Program-made: the position numbers and the translations under genes
NCBI GenBank assembly: GCA_043228905.1
Contig: JBHGNT010000020.1
Location: 3,472,001 to 3,536,000 of the forward strand
Source of the DNA: Azolla caroliniana
Lineage: Eukaryota; Plantae; Polypodiophyta
DNA length: 64,000 nt
Direction: 5' to 3'
The notes under the pieces: model-generated
The model's database searches: none
What the model was told of the DNA's origin: nothing
What the model saw: the letters and a program-made list of their open reading frames with translations, nothing else
Shown: piece after piece, positions 23,075 to 34,300 of the stretch
Layout: every line of letters begins with the position of its first letter
Numbering within the stretch: position 1 is the first letter of the stretch

Positions 23075-26000
23075 ATAGGGCTTTTACAGGTAGGGGCTGT
23101 GATAGCCCGAACATAAAAGAAAACCCCATAAATAATAATGTAAATAAAGATATTCCTTGTACAATCTCATCTAATGGTGCTACTTTTATACTAAAAGTAA
23201 ATAATAATAAAATACAAAATGCTTTCGAGTACTTTAAGTGTTCTGGATTAATAGAGGATGATGAAGAAATTCAGGATATGTTTGAAGAATTAAGTTTTGA
23301 AGATACAATAACTCATTTGGAAGCAATGGAAGAAGACAACGAAATCCAAGTTCCTGTCCATTCAATCAAGATGTACGAGGTCATTGAAGAAGTTGCTCGA
23401 AAGGATCATGAAGCACATGTACTAACAAAATACAAGACAGTGGAGAAGAAGGTTCGTCCTATTGCTGCTCCACTTCAAGGGGATAGTGAAAAGGAAATCA
23501 AAGAAGCAGCCACAGAGCCAATGATCAGAGACCCACGAAAGGTAGGACATGTGTTTACTCCGGAAACAATACAAGGGATGAAAATAGGAGGGGGTGACTT
23601 CCTATTACCCGCTGAAGAAAAGCAGTTCAGGGAGATGTTAAAAAGGCATGGAAAGGCGTTTGCATTCCAACCAGAGGAAATAGGGTGTGTGGATCCAGAA
23701 ATTGTGGAGCCCATGGTTATATTCACTATCCCTCATATTCCATGGAACTTTAAGCCAATACCCATGCCTAGGGCTAGAATCCCTCAACTATTAGAACTTT
23801 TGAAAGAAAAGATAAGGATGGGTATCTTAGAACCATCGAATGCTCCTTACTCGAGTCAATGGTTCACTATGTTAAAGAAAGATGGGCGACTCCGATTTAT
23901 CCAAGATATGCAACCCGTGAATAAGGTAACAATCCGAAACTCGGGAGTAGGGCCAATTGTGGATGAGTTTGCTGAGATGTTTGCAGGAAGAGCTATATAT
24001 TCAATGGGAGACCTTTATTCTGGGTATGATCAATTTCAACTTGCTATCAAAAGTCGAGATATAACTTCTATCAAGACACCTATAGGGTTAGTACGGATGT
24101 GCACCTTGCCGCAAGGAGCGACCAACTCAGTGGCGCATATGATGAATGGAATGAACAAGGTACTTCGTGATTTTATTCCTCATATTACAATGCCTTTTCT
24201 AGATGATGTTCCAATTAAGGGATGCAAGGAGGAAGAGAAGAACGAGGAATTGGACGAAAGTGGTTGCCGTCAATTTGTTGCTTATCATATCAAGGATTGT
24301 GAGAAGGTGCTATCAAGGATGGAAGAAGTGCATTTAACCTTATCAGGGGTGAAGTCAATATTTGGGGCAAAAGAGATATTAATAGTTGGTCATATGTGTG
24401 GCCCATATGGGAGAAAGTCATCCCCAACCAAGGTCAATGCAATTCAAAATATGCAAGAGGAATGTACATCCGTCTCAGAAGTACGAAGGTTTCTGGGGGT
24501 ATGTGTTTTTTACTGTAAATGGATTCCGCATTATGCCCATTAATCTGAACCTTTATATAGACTCCTAAGAAAAGGAGAGATATTTGAATGGAGTGAAGAG
24601 CATTCAGAGGCAATGAAGAAATTGAAGTACTACTTAGCACAAGCTCCACCATTAAAGCAACCTGACTACACCCGACCCATATATCTCACAGTAGACTCTA
24701 GTCCCATTGGAATTGGATGGGTGATAAGCCAACAAGATGGGGAAGAAAGGTATCTGGTCCGATTCGGAGCAAAGGTTCTTAGTGGCCGACAAAGAAAATA
24801 TGCACAGGTGAAAAGAGAGCAATGGGGGATAGTAACAGCAGTAAAGACAGACAAAGATTACTTAATTGGTGCTGAAGTAATAATAGAAACAGATTGTTTG
24901 CCTATTCTTGGTATCATAGCTAATTGTGATATTCCAGATCAAGCCATGTTAAGATGGTGTATCTATATTAGATCAGTCAACCCTGAAGTTTGACATATCT
25001 CTGGGAATAGAAATGCAATAGCAGATATGTTATCAAGAGCAAGGTATGAGGAAGAGGAGATTCCAGACTCGGACGATGAGGACAAAGAACAAACAGTCCT
25101 TACCACAAGCATTTCCCGAGAAGGAGGAATGCAGTTTCTAGAAGAGGAGTATGAAGAAGAATTCAAGGAAATAGGGAAATACCTACAAACCCCTGACAAG
25201 TACAAAGGTCGATCTGGAAAAGAGTTCGCACAGTTTCGCAAGAAAGCCCATAAGTTCTTCCTGCATGAAGGATATCTATGGCGACATCCGAAAACCAAGA
25301 CTGGAAACCCGCAAAGAGTAATAGGTTCTGAAGGGCAAAGAAAGGAGATAATCAGAGAACTGCATGACAAAGAATGGGCTGGTCATCGAGGAGTGTGGGC
25401 CACTTTCAGTAAGATTAAAGAACGATTTTGGTGGCCTCGATACTATGAGCAAATAAAAAAGTATGTGGAAACTTGTCCCACTTGTCAATATTATTCAAAT
25501 GTAAAATTTTGTGATGAATTACACCCAACATACTCACCGGGGGTGCATTACAAGTGGATGATAGATTTGGTAACAATGTCACTTGGAGTAGGACAAAAGA
25601 GATACTTGGTTCTTGCTAGAGAAGATCTAACAAATCAAGTGGAAGGTCGTTCATTGCGAACAAAAGGGACATTAGGAGTATGTCAATTCATCTTGGAGGA
25701 CATTGTTTGTAGATATGGATGTATCGGGAAGATAGTGGCAGATAGGGGAGAACTCAATTCTGCGGAAGCTCAAGATTTTTTCGACAAAATAGGAATTCGG
25801 CTTTCTTTGACAACGGCGTACAATCCAGAAGCTAATGGAAAGGTAGAAAGGGGACATGGGCCAATAGTCAAAGCTTTGGCAAAGGCATGTCGAGGACGGG
25901 TTAGTGATTGGCCAAAAACCTTACCCTATGCACTATGGGTTGATAGGACAACTCACAACACTATTACTAGATATATGCCCACAGAATTAATCACAGGACA

Positions 26001-26529
26001 GAAGCCAATAATGCCAATTGAAGAAAAGATAACTACATGGGCTGTGTTGCCTTGGGAATCGGAAATGAGTAGGGAAGATTTACTTGCGGTTCGAATACGA
26101 CAACTTCAATCAAGGATAGAAGACATAGAAAAAGCAGCTACTAGATTGAAAGAGGCAAGAATCAAGAATAAGGACAGATTTGACAAGATGAAAAGAATAC
26201 GACCAAGAAAGGTGCAAGAGGGAGATTGGATATTAGTATATGATAATAGCCTAGATAATCAATACAGTACTATTCAGAAGTTTGCAAAAAGATGGTTTGG
26301 ACCTTATGAAGTTAGGAAAATAACAGATAAAGCCACAAATTTCCTCAATGAATTAGATGGGACAGAAATTCGTATCCCAATTGCAGGAAAAAGGATTAAA
26401 ATATTTAAAAGGAGGGAGTCATTAGAGCCTGAATTTTATGAAGAAGTAGAAGAACTAAAAGAGTCGGAAGAAGTGTTGGATGAACTCTGCACAACCAATG
26501 TGCAAGTTCAGAGGGGGTGGGTGTCGTGA
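23071..26529 (+). pseudogene. G RT-RNase H-integrase in the -1 frame, with in-frame stops at 24541 and 24991
   Basis: RT LPQGATNS and FLDDV, RH LTVDSS, integrase HH-CC and GPY; no chromodomain; final stop lies inside the 3' LTR. Confidence 0.88.
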
Positions 26530-27933
26530 AGAATGTGCTTCACGATATAAAAATGAGCTTAAATGTTGTATTTAATAATATTTGAGAGACTTGAACCCAC
26601 ATCCTTATATACAATGTACAATGTACATACCACTAGGCTAGGCTATTTATTTGTAAAAGTGTGTAATAAATGTGCTTCATGATATAAGAATGAAGCTATA
26701 TATCGTATTAAGTAAAATTGAGGGACTTGAACCCTCAACCTTGTATACCAAGCACCAAGCATACACCACTAAGCTAGGTTAGTTATTTTAGAATGCATTT
26801 TCATCATTATACTTATCTCATATCTATTTTCATACATAGCCATCATTCATCACATGCAATGCATGTGCGCCAAATGGCGATCATGCATTACATGTAACTC
26901 ATGCATTGCATGCATGCCATGCTCCCATACATTACCATATGCATGGCAACACTTATATAAAGAGGGGAAAGGGAAAACAAGGAAGGAATCAAGAGAGTGT
27001 GAGAAAATAATACAATCAATTAAAGAAGACTAGCTCATTGGGTGGAGAACCTCTCATTTCGAAGTTGAGGTCGTGGGTTCAAATCAAGGGTCGATAGAGA
27101 ATGTGTTCAGTTTGCGATCGAGGATTGTAAAGTTAGTAAATTATTATATTTTTAATATACATCATGTTTATATCATATACTCTTGTTCCTTGAATCATAC
27201 TTTGTCTCAATCTTCTTTCTAGAATCATCTCTCTCTCTCGCACACACACACACACATTACTCGTAACTCTTCTTCTTACTATCCTTAACCACTCTATCAT
27301 CACCATACAAGCCTTATTAAAAGTTAAGTTTCTTCAACTCCCCTTAACCTTAGTCCCCGCGACTTCGCCGCATGAACCACAACTACCCCGACAACGTGGA
27401 AAACCCAAACTGAAGGAAAAACCACGACAGCCCACAGGCTGCAAACTATCACTATATTGGAATGTACAAACAGTGAGTTCACGGAGGCAACGACCTCGTG
27501 CTCACGATCTTCGCCACAGGCGGCGGTTACAACATAGGCAACGACCTCGTTCTCTCACTCTCTCTCTCTCTGTACAGTTACGCACACTAATTTCGTGCAA
27601 AAACAGGAAAAAATGACAACAACAAAAAAGTTTGCCCCAAGTCATATTTATACTAATATGACTTTTCGGCTATTTACAAATATAGCCTCGATGAACTCTC
27701 AGAAAACATATTTACGAATATGTCTCTTCATCCGGTTCATATCGGGTCTGCACCATCCGGCTCTCCGTAGCCGGGTACTCCTCATCCGGTCTTCACCGGA
27801 TCTGTATCATCCGGCTCTCCGTAGCCGGGTACTCATACGGTTTCGGCCTTAGCCTATCGGCCGAGGCCGAGTTTGTTCATCGGCACTGTTCTTCTCCCTT
27901 CCCATCCGGAGGGACCTGTCTCCCAACAAGTCC

Positions 27934-28390
27934 AACTTCTTTCTAATATTGGCGTTCGTGTCTGTGTTGACATTGAGCTTTTTTCACAATTTCTTGGGCA
28001 TCAGGGGTGTGGAGGCGCCTTTGCTACCCGAATGTAACCTTCAAAACCCTTTCCAAGGAGCCATCGTCGCAATGCTAAGGATATGGAAATCGGCATATTC
28101 TCCTGGCAAGGATCGTAAGGGAAGTGGTTATGAGGTAGAGTACGCAGGGTACTCCAATCGTGGTGTCTGAGATAGGTAGGGGAGCGAGGAGAGCGAGGAG
28201 CACGAGATAAGCGAGGAGAGCAAAAGGCTTGAGTTTGTTTTCTGTAATGTGCAGAAATCCACTTGTTCTCCTCTTTTTGTGACTTAGGGTTCATGGGTCT
28301 ATGCATCATTGCACCAACATGTGTTCCTTTCTTTGGAAAGTGTGCTTGCAAGTACGGCGTGAAATGGATTTGGCGGCGTAGGTCCCAAGT
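27934..28390 (-). pseudogene. Remnant of the D/E-family accessory ORF, 5' part
   Basis: MHRPMNPKSQKEENKWISAHYRKQ resembles E MAHMPMNPRPQKEENIRFSAQYRKQ. Confidence 0.7.
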
Positions 28391-30015
28391 ACAGTACTAT
28401 GCGAGTTGGATGGAACAGTACTACGGGTGCCTATAGCGGGGAAACGGGTGAAGATTTGTTGGGAGACAGGTCCCTCCGGATGGGAAGGGAGAAGAACAGT
28501 GCTGATGAACAAGCTCGGCTGAGGCCGATAGGCTGAGGCCGAAACTGGATGAGGAGTACCCGGCTACGGAGAGCCGGATGCTACAGACCCGGTGAGAACC
28601 GGATGAAGAGACATATTCGTAAATATGTTTCTGAGAGCCCATCGAGGCTATATTTGTAAATAGCCGAAAAGTCATATTAGTATAAATATGACTTAGGGCA
28701 AACTTTTAAAAATGGTTGTTATCATTTTCTTGTTGGTGCAAGAAGAAGAGTGAGCACGTAACAGTGTATAGAGAGAGAGAGAGAGAGAAAGAGGTCGTTG
28801 CCTTTGTTGTAACCGCCGCTTGTGGCGAAGATCGTGAGCACGAGGTCGTTGCCTCCGTGAACTCATTGTTTTGTACATTCCAACATAGTGATAGTTTGCA
28901 GCCTATGGGCTGCCGTGGTTTTTCCCTCTTTGGGTTTTCCACGTAAACATCCTGTGTACCTTTTCTCTCCTTTGTGTCGTGTGTTTTCCGTTTCCTGTTT
29001 TCTGTGTATGAAAAGAATCTCGGTTGTGGCCGAGGGTTGTGCATAAGGAGCCTTGAGTTCCCGTCAAGATTTTCAAGAAGCGGACTAACGAAGAACCCTA
29101 TGTAAACCTAGACAAGACCGACATCGAGGAGCAACCGAACAAAGATCGTGGTGATACGAAAAGCAAAGAATGTGGACTACAACTCGTAGTCGACATAAGG
29201 GGAGAATCAAAGAGTGCTACGGATGAAGACGAATAACATGCATCGAGAACTTCGGCACATACCGGAGGATGTGCGGGTTCGGAGGGGGGGAGTGTTGTAG
29301 TGTAGTCCACACACTACATGAAAAATGTAAAAAATAATATATCTGATTTAAGTACATATATATAAATAAAAGAAAATATTAAAATATGTATTACATGCAT
29401 AGGGCAAGATTTAAACCCTGTACCTCCATGTAAATAAACGAGAACTTTACCATTATATTAACTTATCATAAGTGTTATAAATATAGATTTAATAGGTATA
29501 AGACTTTTATTTATTCCTACCTTTATTAAAAGGTAAATCATGCATTTTTTGAGTGCGTGAATACTTTATTTACAAGAAAAATATAAAAATAAAAAATAAA
29601 ATACTCATGCACATCTAGCATGCATGAGCACTAAATTTAGGAAATAAAAGTATAGTGAAAAAAGCAACTCATGTACATTTAGTGTGCATGAACACTTTAG
29701 AAAAAGGAGGAAGTTATGCTTAGTCTCTCCCATCCTTATATAAGGAGGAGAGAAAGATGTATATGGGTGTTGATTATTTTTGGATTGACCAATATAATAT
29801 ACTCGTGGGATTCACGAATTTGTCATCAAAATTGTCTCTTACTATCTAAATATTGATAAAATACACTAAACTCGTGCGATTCACGAGATTCATAACTTAC
29901 CTCGCTTTCTACCTATGCATTACGAGCCTTATTTCATATTCTTCTTTCTCCTAGTCCAAAACCTCAGTGGTTCCCACCCGACTCACGCAACAATCCGGAG
30001 CCGAAAGGCATGACA
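28390..30015 (+). mobile_element. 3' fragment of a G-lineage Gypsy element: integrase tail, PPT and 3' LTR (29293-30015)
   Basis: ELDGTVLRVPIAGKRVKIFKKR across the solo LTR matches the G integrase tail; G-rich PPT 29281-29292; LTR homologous to 49005-49897. Confidence 0.8.
28457..29066 (+). mobile_element. Solo LTR, Copia A family
   Basis: Reverse-complement homology to A LTRs; TSD AGATT on both sides. Confidence 0.92.
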
Positions 30016-30713
30016 CCGTCGCTTCTCGTGTTCCAAGATTGCCATACTGCGGACTCTCGCTTCGCCTAATTCTAGTAATTGTTGTAGACAAATATGTTCG
30101 GACTGGCCTTCCGACAGTCTTTCGCAGATTTGAACGCTAATCGGAAGGGGATTGATTGTATGCTAGTCTTATAGCTCGTGTGGTAAGCCCACAAGGCGTT
30201 ATGCAACTATGTGTCCTAGTCCGTTCTATTCTCATTAACGATCTTTTTCAGTATATTCTGCAGTGTTTTGTTCGTCAATTCCGCTAATCCATTCGCTTGG
30301 GGATAATACGGCGTACTCTTCATATGTACTACGACGTAATGAGCTGTGAGGTCGTGAATAACCGCATTCAAAAAATCACTTCCTTGATCGTTGATGAGTT
30401 TTATCAGACAGCCAAAACGGCACCAAATATGTTCGTATAAAAACTTTGTTGTGGACGTCGCGGTGTGATCTCGTAATACTTTCGCTTCTACCACTTCGTG
30501 CAATAATCCGTGGTGACTAGGATATATTTATTCCCTGTTCGTGTCGTTGCTGGAGCAAAGGGACTGACAAAATCGAGACCCCATTTTTGGAGAGGGTCGA
30601 GCGGAAGCATTGGTTGGTGCGGCATTCGTGCGAGCTCCGTGGGTTGGCCCATGCATTGGTAGAGGTCGTACTCTTTACAATATTGATACCAAAGGCTTGC
30701 TTGCCACACTTTT
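30016..30713 (-). pseudogene. Old D/E-family integrase remnant (host of D); continues at 47097-47297
   Basis: KWGLDFV...CTKW...CRFGC...YPQANG motifs; GHYAGD zinc-finger part on the far side of D. Confidence 0.8.
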
Positions 30714-31339
30714 TGTTACCCGACCGGCAAAGGAGCAGAGACCAGAATGTGAAAGGGATGGTTATTCGGAATATATTTAATTAAGTAAAGTAGATTATAA
30801 TTATGTAGTGAACGGACAGACCTGAATCGGTATGCCGATCCGGATCCGGACCGATTCCGAACAGGTGCCGGTTGGCACTGTTTTGTACGCAACACCGGTA
30901 ACCTATATAAAGGCCCAGTTACAATGTAAAACTTTAACGGAGAATTAATATAAGAGTCTAGTTTTATCTTCATGTATTGATTACTGTTCTGTCTTAATTG
31001 TTATATCTTACGCGTGTATTAAGTGAATGCCTTATTGCTAAGTAGCCAATTAAGTCGGATTAATCGTTGTGTCTTAAGTTATCTCGCCGTAACACCCCTT
31101 TGGTGAAGTGTCTTCCAGGGACACCCTATGTTAGGCCATTGTCCGGCCCTAAGGATTAACATAGTTTTTAGCGACCACGATTCCTGCACAATCGCAGCGA
31201 ACAACGACGGGAATGGATGACACAACCAACAAACGACCCGGTTACGGAGCGAGCAAGGCGACTTGCTAAACGGCTGAGGAAGTGAGAGACTTTCCAGCAA
31301 GCGGCAGAAGAAATCAGAGCGGATCACTCATTTTCGAAA

Positions 31340-34300
31340 GTGATCCGGAGAGTGGCCAAGGAATCACTTCGGCTACCACAAAACGCCTACCCGGACAAAG
31401 GAAGCAGCCTAAGCAGCCTCCGGGAAGCGGAATCCCTTCTCCAGGCATTGGTAGCGGGGGAAGGCGAATCCGAAGCATTTTTGGCATTTGAATCAGGTTC
31501 GAATGGGGAATACAGCGCGCAGACGAACTACCGCAACAGTAACGACACCCCAGGCGGACCAAAGGACGAGGAGTCGGATACTTTGCTGACACCAGAACCC
31601 GAATCGACAAGGCTGGAAACTCCGATACCGGAAGTCGACTACACTTCGGAACCAAAAGTCGAGGACGAGAGACCTCCGACACCGGAAGTCGAGGACGAGA
31701 AGCCTCCGACACCGCAAGAGGAGCAAGAAAGACCTCCGACGGCGACAGAAGACCGGGGAAAACCTCCGACACCACCATAGGAGGAACGACTACCGACACC
31801 ACCAGCCCGTGTACCGACACCAGACGATGATATGCCGTTCCAATATCCTAGACACCGGGATTATTCGAACATGGAAGCCCACGTCCATGCGTTTCAGCAG
31901 ACCTGGGAAGCGAACCATGTGTCCCAACGCTTAAATGCAGTCGAAGAGGAACGCTCAAAAGGGGCAGAGTTCGGCATGACCTTGGAGGGACCGGCCGCCA
32001 GATGGCATCGAACACAGGATCCCAGCACCATCCCCACGTTTGAAACATTAAAGACAAAATTCTTGCATTTCTTCCACAAGGAGATGGACCAGCGGGAAAT
32101 GGTCGGCTTATTTTACAGTATCCGGCAGGAACCAACGGAGAACATCCAACAGTTTGTCATCCGGTTCCAACGGATCCACAATCAGCTCAGCCGGACACCA
32201 CCGGAGGAAGAAACAAAGGCCATATTCTTAGCAGCACTCTAGGAACCCTTACAGACGGTGTGCGCCGTCATCGATTTCCACACCAGCAACATAGATCAAG
32301 TGATTGACCGAGTTCGGGAAATGGAAAACTCGAGTTCATGGCTAACCATGGGCGCACTTAAACGTACGCTACCGACATAAGAGGACCTCCGTTTCCGACA
32401 AGCAGTTCAATGTATGATATGCCTGAATGCTGGACATTCGGCGCTGGAATGCACCATGCGTTCCCAATGCTTGCTCTGCCACTCCAGAAGTCACACAATG
32501 GAACGGTGTGAGTATAACTTGTTAAATCGACAAGCACCACCGGTCCGGCAAATTGAACCACAGAGCAACCGGGAGGAAGAAGAATAACGTTGGCGGCGAG
32601 AGGAGCACTACTGGCCGGCACAAGATGTCTGGTATAGCGATCGAAGAGACGCGTATGACCGGTATGATAGACAAGATAGATACCGGGACTATAATGGACG
32701 GTATGAAAGATATAATCGGGATCACTCCCCTGGTTACAACCACCGACAGGACGACTATGGCAAGGATGACGACCAACCCCGACAAGGATACCGCAACAAA
32801 AAGAATTTCAATAAGAAACGTCATTTCAACAAAAAGGGGGGTCATCCACGAGAATCGGAAAAGGGCGCTCCGAGCAGCCAACCAGACCAAAACCAAGCAC
32901 TTGCCCCCGGTCCGCCACCAACCACACACGCCGAATCCAACAACACCTGGAAGCCGTACTGCTATTATTGCCGGCAAGAGGGCCACTATAGTAATCAATG
33001 TTCGGCGAAGAGCTACGAAAAGCGACCAACGGTGAACATGGTAGACGCGGAAGTCGCGGACATACAACAAGTCATTACAAGATCAAAAGGCAAAGCCACG
33101 TAGTGGGAAACTCAAGAAGCCATCCGGAAGCAGGCAACCGAATGGGTGAAGAAGGCAAATGAGCGGAATGCGGCAGAGCTCGAACAACAAAAGGAGAATG
33201 CCGAAGAGCTCGCTCGCCCGGGGCAACCCGAAAACCCAACATGGCAGGCGTTACAAGAATGCCAAATCACGCTGCCGTTAGGCCGGCTATTGCAACTGGT
33301 ACCACGGTTCACGGAAGGACTGAAGACCGGAAGGACGGCAGCTGACACACCACCAACTCCGGCATTCTCTTCAAATCCGGAGGAACGACCGACAGTGGTG
33401 GGCACAAGCAGTCCAGCAATCACAGCCATCGTGAAGGGAAAGGAGCTACCCGGCACGATTATCGATGGAGGATCCGACGTGAATATGATCAGCCTCCGAA
33501 CATGTAACACTCTAGGAATCTAGGACTGGGAACCGTGCCCATTTTGGCTTCGGATGGCGGACACTAGCTCAGTACAGCCGACCGGATTAATACGCGATCT
33601 GGAAGTGACCATCGGGGGTCACACATTTCACATTTCCGCAATAGTTCTCCAGCTACAGGCTCAAGGAGCTTACCCACTATTGTTGGGTCGGCCTTGGTTA
33701 AAAACAACACACATAAAGCAAAAATGGAGGAAGAATATAATTACGTTCCGACATGGAAAAGGGAAAGTACGAGTAGCGACTCAACCACGATCCGGTACCA
33801 GCAAGGAATCAACGCCGCTATATGTGGAATGTGTCAACATGCTGGAAGGATTGGCGGACGAAGAGGTCGATCAATACTTACAGGAAAATCCGAAGATCGT
33901 ACCTCTGTTCGAGATTGATGTAGCCGAAGCAGTATCACCATACGTACTGCAACCGGACGGGACTTACGTGGAACCGGATAAAGAGGCAATCCGGGAATTA
34001 CGGCAAGCACAGGAGGCACTGGAAAAAGAAATGGCAGTATCACATCGCGTGAAAGCATCCCAACTAGAAGAGGTAAACCTAGGTACCACAGAGGACACAA
34101 GACTGGTGCACATCGCCAAGGAAATGACTTCGGAGAACAAAACAGCAATGATCACACTTCTAAAAGAATTTCACGATGTGTTTGCCTGGTCCTACGAGGA
34201 CATGCCGGGACTCGATCCTCAGTTATATCAACACCAAATACATCTGAGTAAAGACGCCAAACCGGTAGCGCAACGGCGTTACCGAATGAACCCACATTAC

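Larger units (their letters stand above)
14666..27393 (+). mobile_element. Ty3/Gypsy element G (non-chromovirus, possibly Selgy-like), inserted in the 5' LTR of A
   Basis: 5' LTR 14666-15290 + 20701-20920; 3' LTR 26522-27393; TGTCG...CGACA termini; 4-bp TSD ACGT; tRNA-Trp PBS TGGTGAACCCGACGTGAA 20925-20942; PPT AGAGGGGGTGGG before 26522. Confidence 0.95.
4462..27928 (-). mobile_element. Ty1/Copia element A (degenerate; hosts B and G)
   Basis: 3' LTR 4462-5122; 5' LTR 14551-14665 + 27398-27928; TSD AGTCC (4457-4461/27929-27933); tRNA-iMet PBS TGGTATCAGAG at 14538-14548; PPT beside 5123. Confidence 0.95.

Noticed and set aside
31660-31820. Approximately 30-bp repeats as a CRISPR-like array
   Set aside because: In-frame coding repeats (EDERPPTP) with no unique spacers, in a eukaryotic retroelement
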